64,000 bases of DNA from Clostridia bacterium (GCA_017461745.1 JAFTXE010000018.1:564-64563); one strand, 5' to 3'. Shown: positions 9,442 through 19,640, counted from the first letter of the stretch. Made by a program: numbers and translations. Notes: generated by a model not told the origin, from the sequence alone.

Positions 9442-9756
9442 ATGGAAAAATTACTAATTGATATAGGTCAAAGGATATATGAAAGACGTAAATCAATGGG
9501 GATGACTCAAGAGCGGCTTGCTGAGAAAATGGATGTATCTATTCAAATGATTTCAAACTTAGAGCGTGGAAATAAAGCTATTAAAATTGAAAACTTATTG
9601 AAGATAAGCAAAATATTAAATGTTAGTACAGATTATATTTTAACGGGTCAACATATTGAATTTGATGAAAGTCATTTGATTGAAAAGATAAATAAATTAT
9701 CTAAGCGAGATTATCAAATTATAGAGCAATTGGTGGATTGCTGTTTAAAAAGTTAA
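9442..9756 (+). CDS. XRE-family HTH transcriptional regulator
   Basis: 104 aa; RRKSMGMTQERLAEKMDVSIQMISNLERG HTH; divergent from the membrane-protein pair. Confidence 0.8.
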   Translation: MEKLLIDIGQRIYERRKSMGMTQERLAEKMDVSIQMISNLERGNKAIKIENLLKISKILNVSTDYILTGQHIEFDESHLIEKINKLSKRDYQIIEQLVDCCLKS

Positions 9757-9827
9757 TATTAAATATCGAATTACTATATTGCCGTTTTCTTGTCTTTTTG
9801 AGAGTGATTAAATTTTATAACAAAATA

Positions 9828-9865
9828 AGCGACAGCTCTATACCTTTAGGTAAAAAGCTGTCGCT
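9828..9865. terminator. bidirectional terminator hairpin
   Basis: AGCGACAGCT/AGCTGTCGCT 10-bp stem between convergent genes. Confidence 0.5.
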
Positions 9866-9925
9866 CTTTCTATACGCTGCTTTCGCTATTGTGGCAGGGA
9901 ATATTTTGCATTATGTAATTATAAT

Positions 9926-11623
9926 TTATTTAAGCTTCACGTCGCAGACGACGGGTCTGTGGTCCGAGCCAAATTCGGTTTGGTTATTGTAGTTGAGAAT
10001 GATATTCTCGGACGTCATCGTATCGTCGAGGAAGACGTAGTCAACGGTTTTCATGGCGGAAGCAAGCGTCTTGATTACGTTGGTAAGTCCCGTTTCGGTT
10101 TCTATGCTGTTATATGCAGAGCTGCCAACGTAGCTGTTGAAATCTCCCATGAGAATTACGTGACCGTCCGTGTGATTGGCTGTAACCGTCTCTATAACGG
10201 TGCGAATCTTCTTTATCTCAGCAATTCTGTCTGCTTCTCCCTCAGGGTTTTGCGCTGAGGAGAGATGAGTTCCGAAAACAACGAGCTTTTCACCCGTAGC
10301 CTTATCCTTAAGCACTGCCCATGTGACCACTCTTCTGTTTATCAGACCGTTTGCCTTCTCTATATCCGTATATCCGCTGTCGATGAGCTGGAATTTATCC
10401 GTTTTATACATTATCGGCGTGCGGTTGGATACACCGTCGGCGCGGTCACCCTCGACGAGAGTGTATTCGTTTTCAAGCAGGGGAGGGAGCTTCTGACGCC
10501 ACTGGTCAAAAAATTCGCAGAGGACAAGAACGTCGGGGGAATATCCGAGAATAGCCGCCGCAACTATTTCCTTGCGGACGTCAATCGACGGGGTGAGCTT
10601 TCCGCCGCTTCCCCAGCCGTCGAACTCAACGAGAACATTATACTGCATAAGTCTGTAATCGCCCTTGGTGTTTGCCTCATAGCCGTCAACGAGGGAGCGG
10701 CTTATATCGATTTCCTCAAGCTCCTCGGAGACAAGTCTCATATTGGTATCAAAGGATTCGATTGCCTTTTTTGTAGTATAAGCGCCGTTTCCGAGAAGTA
10801 CCAGCTTGTTACCGACGGTCGTCGTTACAAATTCAAGTGAGCCGAGTGCCTGCGCGCAAGCAGTGCTTTCGGCGCGGTTGGTCTTTCCGATAAGTATTTC
10901 AAGCTCAGAAGCTGTTGCGGAATCGTCGGATATCGGAATAAAGTAGCCGCAAGCCGTTCCTATGAGCATTTGAAGCTCAAGAGCGTATTCGCGATTTTTT
11001 TCGGGCATATCAAGAGAGGGGTAAATTATAGTATAATCCTTAAGACTGTTGCCGTTGAGCGCCATAGACTTAATGGAATAGTTTTCGTGAATAAAGCTAT
11101 AGTCCTGCTTCCAGAGCAGAGTAGTAGTCTTGCTCTGATCGTCAAAGCTTATAAGCTCGTCCGAGAGGAAGGACATAAATTTAAAAACGGCGTTTACCGC
11201 GGCTTCGTCGGTATGAGCGGCTAATACGATGTTTTTATCCGTGACCGCTATTTTATAATCCTTGTAGCCTGTACCGTCAAGGATTTTTGCCGTATCGTTT
11301 CTTTTGCAGCTTCCGATTATTATTTCTCCCTCGCTGTCAACGTAAGTCTCGCTACCGTCGCTCTCCATTTTAAACGGAGCTTTGGTTATTTGCTGTAGCT
11401 TGCTTACGAGACTCGTTACGGTAGAGGTAAGCTCGTCGCTGCAATTTGCGGGGGTAACTATTTTGTAGCTTGCGTTTATACCGTTTGCCAAAACCACGTT
11501 CTTTTCGACAGGAGCGGTTGACTCATCGGTGGACGCGGTGTCGTCAGCTTTTCCGCCCGAGCAAGAAATTACAAGCGGAAGAGTAAGGCACAGAAGTAAA
11601 ACGAGTGAAATCAGTTTTTTCAT
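9926..11623 (-). CDS. lipoprotein with C-terminal endonuclease/exonuclease/phosphatase (EEP) domain
   Basis: 565 aa; lipobox LVISC; EEP hallmarks LMQYNV..., GTHL, MGDFN, C-terminal SDHRPVVCDV. Confidence 0.75.
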   Translation of the reverse strand: MKKLISLVLLLCLTLPLVISCSGGKADDTASTDESTAPVEKNVVLANGINASYKIVTPANCSDELTSTVTSLVSKLQQITKAPFKMESDGSETYVDSEGEIIIGSCKRNDTAKILDGTGYKDYKIAVTDKNIVLAAHTDEAAVNAVFKFMSFLSDELISFDDQSKTTTLLWKQDYSFIHENYSIKSMALNGNSLKDYTIIYPSLDMPEKNREYALELQMLIGTACGYFIPISDDSATASELEILIGKTNRAESTACAQALGSLEFVTTTVGNKLVLLGNGAYTTKKAIESFDTNMRLVSEELEEIDISRSLVDGYEANTKGDYRLMQYNVLVEFDGWGSGGKLTPSIDVRKEIVAAAILGYSPDVLVLCEFFDQWRQKLPPLLENEYTLVEGDRADGVSNRTPIMYKTDKFQLIDSGYTDIEKANGLINRRVVTWAVLKDKATGEKLVVFGTHLSSAQNPEGEADRIAEIKKIRTVIETVTANHTDGHVILMGDFNSYVGSSAYNSIETETGLTNVIKTLASAMKTVDYVFLDDTMTSENIILNYNNQTEFGSDHRPVVCDVKLK

Positions 11624-11639
11624 AAATTCTCCAATTCAG

Positions 11640-11671
11640 CGAGAGGCTGTTGCGCTTGCAACAGCCTCTCG
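11640..11671 (-). other. 14-bp perfect intercistronic hairpin without U-run
   Basis: CGAGAGGCTGTTGC-GCTT-GCAACAGCCTCTCG between the SBP stop and the EEP start. Confidence 0.5.
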
Positions 11672-11680
11672 GGGATAAGA

Positions 11681-13162
11681 TTATTGCATATAGTATTTAT
11701 TGAGGTTTATAACCGTAGCCTTCATGTCGTTTTCGAAATCGTTCTTGTAGTAGGATACCCAGCTGAGAGATTCCTTTTCAATTGCGTTTCTGAACATTGA
11801 AGCGGGAGCTCTTGTGAAGGAGTTGTACCAAAGAATACCCATATCCGTGGTAGCGCCCGAACGAAGAATGTCGAACATACGTGAGGAGTTTTCGTCCTTA
11901 GCGTAGCGCAGCTTCATTACGTTCTCGTATACTACGGGAGTAACGTTGGTGTAGGTAACGTAGCCCATGGTCTCAAGGAATGCGGAGGATACGTCTATCT
12001 CGTCTTCGTCAAGGTCGAAGGGAATAGCAAACTGAATGTGGGGGCTGGATACGAGAGTACGGTATCCCATGTTAGCCTCTTCAGTTCCTTCCTCGTACTT
12101 GGGGAAGGGCAGAACGCCTATTTCGGCGTCAACGTCGGCAAGCGTGGTCTTCATCTGATAAATGGTTGAAACGTTGAATACACAACGCCCTTCCTTAAGC
12201 AGATGCACCCAAACGCTTTGATCGTTAAGTCTGAGCTTATGGTCTACGAAGATGGAGGAGTAAACCATGTCGTAAACGGTGAGCGCCTTCTCGGAAAGAA
12301 TATCGTCGGAAACCTTAACGACGCCGTCAGCGTCCTCAACGGTCTTAAGACCCGTTGCGTAGTAGAAGCTGTCGAGCATAACTCTGGACTCCATACCGAT
12401 AGCGTAGAAGTCGGAGTCGTCCCATATCTCGTCACTGCTTGCGCTTATATTTGAAGAAAGTTCAAACATCTTTTCAAGCGTCCAACCGCCGTTGTCAACG
12501 AGCTCGTAAACGTCTTCCTCAGAGATGCCGTAAGCGGACATCTGCTCGGAATCAAAGAGTACAGCCTGCAAATAGTAAAGCAGATTGATGGAAGCGTCAC
12601 CCGAAATATGATAGGTCTTGTTGTTTACCGTACAGACGTCGTACATAAACGTGGGCCACCAAGCCTTCTCGGAATTAAAGTATTCGGTCTGATTGAGGTC
12701 AACGAGAAGTCCTCTCGTAGCGAGGGACGGAGCAACGAGGGAATAGCAGGAGATAAGGTCGTATGCTTCCGCGTCACTCTGTACGCTCTTTTCAACGGTC
12801 TGAGCGAAGTTAAGACGGTCGTTGAACTGTCCCTTGATACGCTCGACCTTGATATTCACGTTGAGGTATTCCTCAATAAAGTTGTCTCTTGCGACAATAG
12901 CCGCGGAAACCTGATCGCCCATATCGGCGTTCTCGGGAGTAAATTCTTCAACACCCCAGTCAGAGCAACCGAGAACGGTAAAATCTCTTCCGCCGTAATC
13001 AAGGTCGTCGGGAACTGACAGTATCTGTGATTGGTCGCCCTCTGTGGATATGGTAAATCCTTCCGTCGTATCTTCGGTCTGGTCGTTATTTGAGCACGAC
13101 GTAGCCATAAGACAGCTCGTCAGCATAAGTAAAGCGAGAATAATAGATAAAATTTTCTTCAT
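11681..13162 (-). CDS. extracellular solute-binding lipoprotein (ABC-type sugar SBP family), no cognate permease nearby
   Basis: 493 aa; lipobox LMATSC; size and pattern of LplA-like family-1 SBPs. Confidence 0.7.
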   Translation of the reverse strand: MKKILSIILALLMLTSCLMATSCSNNDQTEDTTEGFTISTEGDQSQILSVPDDLDYGGRDFTVLGCSDWGVEEFTPENADMGDQVSAAIVARDNFIEEYLNVNIKVERIKGQFNDRLNFAQTVEKSVQSDAEAYDLISCYSLVAPSLATRGLLVDLNQTEYFNSEKAWWPTFMYDVCTVNNKTYHISGDASINLLYYLQAVLFDSEQMSAYGISEEDVYELVDNGGWTLEKMFELSSNISASSDEIWDDSDFYAIGMESRVMLDSFYYATGLKTVEDADGVVKVSDDILSEKALTVYDMVYSSIFVDHKLRLNDQSVWVHLLKEGRCVFNVSTIYQMKTTLADVDAEIGVLPFPKYEEGTEEANMGYRTLVSSPHIQFAIPFDLDEDEIDVSSAFLETMGYVTYTNVTPVVYENVMKLRYAKDENSSRMFDILRSGATTDMGILWYNSFTRAPASMFRNAIEKESLSWVSYYKNDFENDMKATVINLNKYYMQ

Positions 13163-13179
13163 GTCGTTTATCCTTTAGC

Positions 13180-13374
13180 TTAATAAAGCTTGGTCCACTC
13201 ACCCGTACCTACCTGCTTTTCAGGATCGGCGTCGGAGGTATCGGCGGTATCCTCGGTAGTCGTAACTGCGGAGGTGTTCGTATCTGTTTCTGTGTTTTCG
13301 TCAGCGTTGTCTTTACAAGCGACTATGCTCAAAAGCATGATGAGGCACAGTGCGAGAGCAATTATTTTACGCAT
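13180..13374 (-). CDS. small acidic lipoprotein
   Basis: 64 aa from MRKIIALAL; lipobox SIVAC; D/E/T-rich mature part. Confidence 0.45.
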   Translation of the reverse strand: MRKIIALALCLIMLLSIVACKDNADENTETDTNTSAVTTTEDTADTSDADPEKQVGTGEWTKLY

Positions 13375-13406
13375 ATCAATTTCCTTTCTTATCAATCAGT
13401 TTTTTG

Positions 13407-14918
13407 TCAGGATATCTTGCCGAGCTTCTTAAGCACGTCGAGCTGAACGTTTGCGTAAGGGCTGTAGGACATGATCTCGAAGTTGGTAACTCCGTAATCC
13501 TTACCCTGCTTGAAGGTGTAATCCTCGGTCTTAACGCTCGTTCTGTCGTTGTATGCGGCAGCGGCAACCTCGCTTACGCATCTTGAATTGTTTTCAGCGG
13601 AGAAATCTGAATATATCACAATCTCTGCATTATCGGAGTACTTTATCTTTATGTAGCTTATAGCCGCATACTTGGTGTCTCCGTCCTTAGCCGTTGCAAC
13701 TCCCTTGATGTTCTCTGCAATAGCCTCAGCCTTGACCGCGCTGAACTCAACGCTTGCGGCGGTAAGCTCTTCAGCGGTAACGCCGTCTGCGAGTATCGCG
13801 TCGGTAAGCTTTGCAAGCTCAACGAAGATAAAGCCTGCCTCGGTTACGTAGGATGAGATATCGGTAAGAGAGGGAAGCGTTGCTTCAAAGCGAAGCTTGT
13901 TTCCGTCACCTATGAATATGGAAGCGCCCGTGCTTGTAACGGGAGCTGCGAATACAGCCTTAAGCTTTATCTGCGTGCTGCCTGCGTCGATCTTTGCACC
14001 TGGTGCGTAGAACTTAGGAGTGGTCTCCATGGTCATCCAGCCCGCGATGGTTCTCTCGGATGCCTTGAGAGGAAGGGTTATCTTTCCTTCGGTGTCCTTG
14101 TTTCGAGAAGCTATTGCGGTCTCTCCGTTATAGAAAATAGCGTCGTCGGTCATAACTGCAAGATTGGGATTTGCGAGGTCAGCGGAAATAACAAGATCTC
14201 CTGTAACAGCGTGACTGCCGTCATATATACCGTTCCAAGAATATCTTTCATACTGTTGTATGCTCTCAAGGTAGTTGGTTACGAAAAGGTCCATAAGAAC
14301 GGTTCCGGAGCAATCTGCCGCATTTTTAAATTTGTATTGCATCTCTACGGTGTATCCGTCGCCTGTTCCGTCGGAGGTACGTCTGTCGTCGGTCTTATAG
14401 GTGAATCTGGATATTCCCGATACCTGTCCCTCAGTAAGCTCTCTGCCACCAAGGTACATAGCGGGAAGTGCAAGCTCTTTAGTGCCGTCACCGTTCTCGT
14501 CAAAGCCACCTTGGAAAAGGTCACCATTCCACGCCGTAGCGCCAACGCTTGCGATGCCCTTGTCGTTTACGTTCATAAGAATGTAAAGATAAGCGTCTGT
14601 TCCATCACTGTACCACATAGCCTTGAAGGTGGGGGTGAGAAGGTGCTCTGCATCGGGATGTCCGCTATCTACGTTAACGACGGATAATCCAAATACTTGG
14701 CTGTCGTCTGCGTACTGCCATTCCTCACCAGCACTGACTTTGCCGTCAACGGTTATAGTAGCACTGGCTCTTTTTACAGTGTAGGAAAGTCCGCGATCCA
14801 TTGATTCAGCGCCTGTTGCCGTCATCCAGTTCCATGCGGCAGAGGTAGGTAGGGCGATTACCGATAGCAAAAGTACGGCAATCAAAAATAGAGAAATAAT
14901 TTTGGTGTGTTTTTTCAT
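13407..14918 (-). CDS. secreted protein, N-terminal CBM9/DOMON-like sugar-binding fold suspected
   Basis: 503 aa; signal peptide ending PTSAA; ITVDGKVSAGEEWQYA motif; AGGAGG RBS. Confidence 0.45.
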   Translation of the reverse strand: MKKHTKIISLFLIAVLLLSVIALPTSAAWNWMTATGAESMDRGLSYTVKRASATITVDGKVSAGEEWQYADDSQVFGLSVVNVDSGHPDAEHLLTPTFKAMWYSDGTDAYLYILMNVNDKGIASVGATAWNGDLFQGGFDENGDGTKELALPAMYLGGRELTEGQVSGISRFTYKTDDRRTSDGTGDGYTVEMQYKFKNAADCSGTVLMDLFVTNYLESIQQYERYSWNGIYDGSHAVTGDLVISADLANPNLAVMTDDAIFYNGETAIASRNKDTEGKITLPLKASERTIAGWMTMETTPKFYAPGAKIDAGSTQIKLKAVFAAPVTSTGASIFIGDGNKLRFEATLPSLTDISSYVTEAGFIFVELAKLTDAILADGVTAEELTAASVEFSAVKAEAIAENIKGVATAKDGDTKYAAISYIKIKYSDNAEIVIYSDFSAENNSRCVSEVAAAAYNDRTSVKTEDYTFKQGKDYGVTNFEIMSYSPYANVQLDVLKKLGKIS

Positions 14919-15107
14919 GAGTTTCCTCCTTTGAATAAAAATATTTTTCGATTATAGTCATATTTGACAAAATATGTTCTGTTATTCCAAACTATTTGTC
15001 ATTTATTCCTAATCCGCCCTTATTCTATCACAAAAGTGCGGTGTTGTCAATAGGTATAAATAACATTTTTTCGCACAATGAACTAATTTTGTTTGTGTTG
15101 TGAAAAA

Positions 15108-15875
15108 TTACAATTCGATATCACACCATATGGGCTTATGGTCGGAGGCGTATCGGGTAATATCGTCCGTATCCATGCCCGAGTCCGTGGGGGTAGCTCC
15201 GCGAACGGCGATCTGGTCAACGCTGTTGGCTTGCTTTACGCAGTTGGTAAGCCCAAGCTCCGAGAGCATAGCTTGGAAATTTGGAGCGTCGGCGCGCTCG
15301 TTGAAATCGGCGGTTACGATTATCGGAATATCCTCGCCGTATCTTGCCGAAATTTCCTTTGCAAGCTCCGTGGTTATCTTTGCGTGTATAGCGCGCTTTT
15401 CTGCGTCCGTTTGCCAGTGGGTAGCAACTACGAGCAAACGTGTATCTCTGTCGTAGTCCTCAAGCAAGCCCCAAGTGATAGTTCTTTTGTTATAGGAATG
15501 GCGGAAATCCATTCCGTCTGACGCAAAGCCCTCAAGTCTGCGTATGCCGCCCTCAAGCAAGCAGAAGCGGTCGGACTTGAAGAATATGGGGTTTCTGTTT
15601 ATAGTGGATTTTTGCTCGGGCTTCGCTGTCTCCTTGAGATTTACTCCGCCTACGCTCGGACCGAAGAGAGAATATCCCTCGGGGCAAAATCCGCTCCATT
15701 CTTCAAATCTTTCGCAAAGAACCAGAACGTCGGGCTCGTGTCTTTTTATTATTTGTAATACGTCTGCGGCTCTCTCCTTTGCGGGACGTCTTGGCATCGC
15801 CAAATGCTCCCAACCCCAGCCGTCGCCGTCGTGAAGAATATTGTATTGCATTATTCTGTAGCGTGTTTTTTCCAT
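15108..15875 (-). CDS. EEP family phosphoesterase (cytoplasmic)
   Basis: 255 aa from MEKTRYRIMQYNILHD (AAGGAGA RBS); THW, ADFN and SDHKPIWCDIEL motifs. Confidence 0.75.
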   Translation of the reverse strand: MEKTRYRIMQYNILHDGDGWGWEHLAMPRRPAKERAADVLQIIKRHEPDVLVLCERFEEWSGFCPEGYSLFGPSVGGVNLKETAKPEQKSTINRNPIFFKSDRFCLLEGGIRRLEGFASDGMDFRHSYNKRTITWGLLEDYDRDTRLLVVATHWQTDAEKRAIHAKITTELAKEISARYGEDIPIIVTADFNERADAPNFQAMLSELGLTNCVKQANSVDQIAVRGATPTDSGMDTDDITRYASDHKPIWCDIEL

Positions 15876-16024
15876 GATAGTGTTATCTCCTTTTCGTGTT
15901 ATAAAATGGTACGCTCGTGGGTTTATTTTAGCATAGGCAAAATGGTTTGTCAATACAAAAGATAAAATTTGTTCGCTAAGCGAAAAAAATTATTCCGCAC
16001 AACGAACAAAATCCTCTTAATCTA

Positions 16025-16053
16025 TTGACATAATATTTTTTATGTGCTATAAT
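16025..16053 (+). promoter_or_regulatory. consensus promoter TTGACA-17-TATAAT
   Basis: -35 at 16025..16030, -10 at 16048..16053. Confidence 0.55.
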
Positions 16054-16089
16054 TAACCCAATTATACAGTAATCGAGAGGAATTTGAAA

Positions 16090-17181
16090 ATGGAATTAGG
16101 CAAAATAGACAATAATTTTGTCGAAATGCAACATTTAAATTTACCCGATATAAAGCTTGTGGATATAAGTCAGCTTCCCGTGGATATATACGGCTTTTAC
16201 GATTTTGAAAATGAAAAGATTTTCAAGCGTATGCCCGACGAGGTAGCCCAAGGTATAGGCGGTGGCGTCGCAAAGCTTTATCTTGATACGGCGGGCGGGC
16301 GGATAAGGTTTAGCACCGATTCACAGTACGTCGCTATAAAGGTGCGCTTTTCGCACGTAATGAGAAATTCAATGATGACCTCTATGAACGTATGCGGCTT
16401 TGACCTGTACGAAAATTTTCTTCCGTCGGGAACGAGCAGATACGTGGGCGCTTTTGATACGGGCGCTCGCCCTGAGCTTGAAAACGGATATGAGGCGGTA
16501 ATACGCTTTGCCGATAGCAGAATGAGATATCTTACTATGAATTTTCCTCATTATTCTCACGTTGAGAGTCTCAGCATCGGGATACAGAAGTCAAGCGTTA
16601 TAGGCGGTGGAATGCCGTACGCAAATAAATTGCCCGTGGTTTTTTACGGCTCGTCGATAACTCAGGGCGCTTGCGCGTCGCGACCGGGTAATTCTTACGA
16701 GAATTTTATTTCCAGACGCTTCAATTTCGACTATATAAATCTCGGCTTTTCGGGAAATGCCAAGGGAGAGCCCCAAATGGCAGAGTATATTTCGGGTCTT
16801 CCGATGAGCGCATTTGTATGTGATTACGACCATAACGCGCCCGACGCCGATTTCCTTCTTCAAACGCACGGTGCGTTATACAGACGTATCAGGGAAAGCC
16901 ATCCGAGTATTCCGTATATAATCATGTCGCGCCCCGATTTTGACGTGAGCTATAAGCAAAGCGTATATCGACGCGACGCCATATATAAGACGTTTATCGA
17001 CGGATTTAAAGAGGGCGACGAAAATCTCTATTATATAGACGGGGCGGGGATATTTAACGGGGAATACGAGGACTCGTGTACTATCGACAAAACTCATCCC
17101 AACGATTTGGGCTTTATGTATATAGCGGAAAGCGTAAGCGGAGTTATAAAGCGCGCCATGGCTGACGGCGCCGTTTTTTAA
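16090..17181 (+). CDS. SGNH/GDSL hydrolase with N-terminal beta-sandwich domain
   Basis: 363 aa from ATG (TTG at 16084 also possible); VVFYGSSITQG block I, DKTHPND block V. Confidence 0.8.
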   Translation: MELGKIDNNFVEMQHLNLPDIKLVDISQLPVDIYGFYDFENEKIFKRMPDEVAQGIGGGVAKLYLDTAGGRIRFSTDSQYVAIKVRFSHVMRNSMMTSMNVCGFDLYENFLPSGTSRYVGAFDTGARPELENGYEAVIRFADSRMRYLTMNFPHYSHVESLSIGIQKSSVIGGGMPYANKLPVVFYGSSITQGACASRPGNSYENFISRRFNFDYINLGFSGNAKGEPQMAEYISGLPMSAFVCDYDHNAPDADFLLQTHGALYRRIRESHPSIPYIIMSRPDFDVSYKQSVYRRDAIYKTFIDGFKEGDENLYYIDGAGIFNGEYEDSCTIDKTHPNDLGFMYIAESVSGVIKRAMADGAVF

Positions 17182-17259
17182 GGCAACAAATCACAAATAT
17201 TCGTTACGGTGCAATTGCGCCGTCGGAATTATGTGATATCTATTTAAGCAATAAACATT

Positions 17260-19548
17260 TTGTTAAGGACGGAACGAGCATTGAATAACACAAATTGGAT
17301 TAGAGCCGACGGGCTTGGACAGAGCGATTGCCCTGTGTTTTGTATAAATATTAAGGCAAACGGACGAATAAAGAAGGTTACCGCAGAGGTAACGGCAATA
17401 GGAATTTACGAATTGTACGTAAATCAGAAAAAGGTTGGAGACGCTCTTTTTGCGCCCGGATGGACGAGCTATCATAACAGATTGCAGTATCAGACTTACG
17501 ATATAACCGATTACTTTGATACAGAGGAAAGCTCCGTGGCAATACAGTGCGCACCTGGGTGGGCTGTGGGCTACATAGGTCACGGAAACACCAATCATAT
17601 GTTTTTCGACCACGTAAGCGTTACCGCTGAGCTGAAGCTTGAATACCTCGACGGCAGAACGGAAACGTACGTTACGGGCGAGGACTGGCAGGTGTGCCGC
17701 TGGGACACCGTAAGGTCGGAGTTTTACCACGGAGAATACAGAGTGTACGGCGCTCCCCTTGAGCGCTTGGGCATGGCTGTAGCCGATGCCGCGCCCGAGA
17801 CTCGTCTTATTTCGGACGAGGGATGTCCGACAAGGGAGCAGGAAAGAGTTCCTGCGGTTTCGCTGATAATCACACCTAAGGGTGAGAGAGTTATTGACTT
17901 CGGACAAAACCTTGCGGGCTACGTGGAAATACGTATAAAGGGCGAGAAGGGCGAGAGAGTCAGAATTTCTCACGCAGAGGTCTTGGATAAGGACGGAAAT
18001 TTTTACACCAAAAACTTAGAGCTTGCCAAAAATATAAATACATACGTGCTCAGCGGCACTGAGGATATCCTCAAGCCCAAATTCTCGTTTCAGGGCTACC
18101 GCTATATAAGACTTGACGAGTACCCCTATGAGAACGTAGACCTGTCTGCGTTTACTTCCGTTGCCGTATATTCTCAGATGAAGCGGACGGGAAGCTTTGT
18201 GTGCGGACATGAAAAAATCAACCGCCTTTATTCTAACACTATATGGGGACAGAGAAGTAACTTTATAGATATTCCGACCGACTGTCCTCAACGAGACGAG
18301 CGAACGGGCTGGACGGGAGACGTTCAGGTGTTCGTAAGAACGGCGGCGATAAATTACGATGTCGAACGCTTTATGAGAAAATGGCTCAGAGACGTTATGA
18401 TAGAGCAGAGAGCTGACGGCGCTGTAACGAGCGTTGTTCCGGGAGTTGCGGGTAGAGGAGACAGAATATCTACCGCGTGGGGAGACGTATGCACCGTCGC
18501 GCCGTGGGAGCTTTATCTCGCTTACGGAAACAAGTCTATGCTCGAGGAATTTTATCCGATGATGGAGCGTTGGATAGAATATATGCGCCGAGAGGGTGAG
18601 GAAGAATATCTTTGGCTCGGCGGCGACCACTACGGAGATTGGCTTGCGTCCGACGCAATACTTTGTCCCGAGGTCAGAGAGGGAGCAACGCAGACCGACC
18701 TTATCGCAAGCGCGTTTTTTGCGTATTCCGTATCCATAATGGTCAAGGTATGCCGCGCTCTTGGAAGGGATTCGTCGGAATATGAGACGTTATACGGCAA
18801 TATAAAAAGCACCTTCCGCCGCTTCTTCATGAAGGACGGCTTGCCGACGCTGTATCCGAAATACGACGCATTTTCCACCACTCGACCCGTAAAGGGACTT
18901 ACTCAGACCTCTGTGGCGCTCGTGCTAAGATTTGGTCTTTATGATGGAGAGGACGAGCGGAAACTGCTTACTGATAAGCTCGTAGATATGATAAAAGAAA
19001 ACGACGGCAAAATGAGTACGGGATTTGTCGGTACTCCTCATATTTTGCACGCGCTTTCGGAAAACGGAAGAAGCGATGCGGCGTACGATCTGTTTTTGTG
19101 CGAAAAAAATCCCTCTTGGCTGTATTCCGTAAATCAGGGCGCTACGACCATATGGGAGCATTGGGATAGCATAAAGGACGACGGCAGCTTTTGGTATGAC
19201 GTTAAGAATTCCTTCAATCATTACGCCTACGGCTCTGTGTTTGATTGGGTATATTCCTGGGTTCTCGGAATAAACGTAAGAGACGACGGCGCGGGATATA
19301 AGACGCTTGATATACGCCCCGTGGCAGATAAACGCTTGGGCTTTGCCGAGGGAGCGATAGACACCGAAAACGGAAGAGTAGGGGTCAGATGGGAATTTGC
19401 TGACGGTAAGCTCAGATATACTGTCGAGATACCCGACGGCTCTTTGGCGAAAATCACTCTTGCCGACGGCTCTGCTCACGAGTGCGAGGGCGGAGTGTAT
19501 ACCTTTGAATGTTTAAATAATTTGGTATATAGAATAATGGAGGGATAA
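17260..19548 (+). CDS. alpha-L-rhamnosidase (glycoside hydrolase family 78)
   Basis: 762 aa, TTG start uncertain; IPTDCPQRDERTGWTGD signature, six-hairpin domain pattern. Confidence 0.85.
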   Translation: MLRTERALNNTNWIRADGLGQSDCPVFCINIKANGRIKKVTAEVTAIGIYELYVNQKKVGDALFAPGWTSYHNRLQYQTYDITDYFDTEESSVAIQCAPGWAVGYIGHGNTNHMFFDHVSVTAELKLEYLDGRTETYVTGEDWQVCRWDTVRSEFYHGEYRVYGAPLERLGMAVADAAPETRLISDEGCPTREQERVPAVSLIITPKGERVIDFGQNLAGYVEIRIKGEKGERVRISHAEVLDKDGNFYTKNLELAKNINTYVLSGTEDILKPKFSFQGYRYIRLDEYPYENVDLSAFTSVAVYSQMKRTGSFVCGHEKINRLYSNTIWGQRSNFIDIPTDCPQRDERTGWTGDVQVFVRTAAINYDVERFMRKWLRDVMIEQRADGAVTSVVPGVAGRGDRISTAWGDVCTVAPWELYLAYGNKSMLEEFYPMMERWIEYMRREGEEEYLWLGGDHYGDWLASDAILCPEVREGATQTDLIASAFFAYSVSIMVKVCRALGRDSSEYETLYGNIKSTFRRFFMKDGLPTLYPKYDAFSTTRPVKGLTQTSVALVLRFGLYDGEDERKLLTDKLVDMIKENDGKMSTGFVGTPHILHALSENGRSDAAYDLFLCEKNPSWLYSVNQGATTIWEHWDSIKDDGSFWYDVKNSFNHYAYGSVFDWVYSWVLGINVRDDGAGYKTLDIRPVADKRLGFAEGAIDTENGRVGVRWEFADGKLRYTVEIPDGSLAKITLADGSAHECEGGVYTFECLNNLVYRIMEG

Positions 19549-19611
19549 GGTAGCTTTTTGACTTGGCGAAAGACAAATATTAAGTCGGTGAATTGAAATT
19601 ATATTCCGCGC

Positions 19612-19640
19612 TTGACTATTGACGGGTTTTATGGTAAAAT
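19612..19640 (+). promoter_or_regulatory. promoter TTGACT-17-TAAAAT
   Basis: -35 at 19612..19617, -10 at 19635..19640. Confidence 0.45.
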
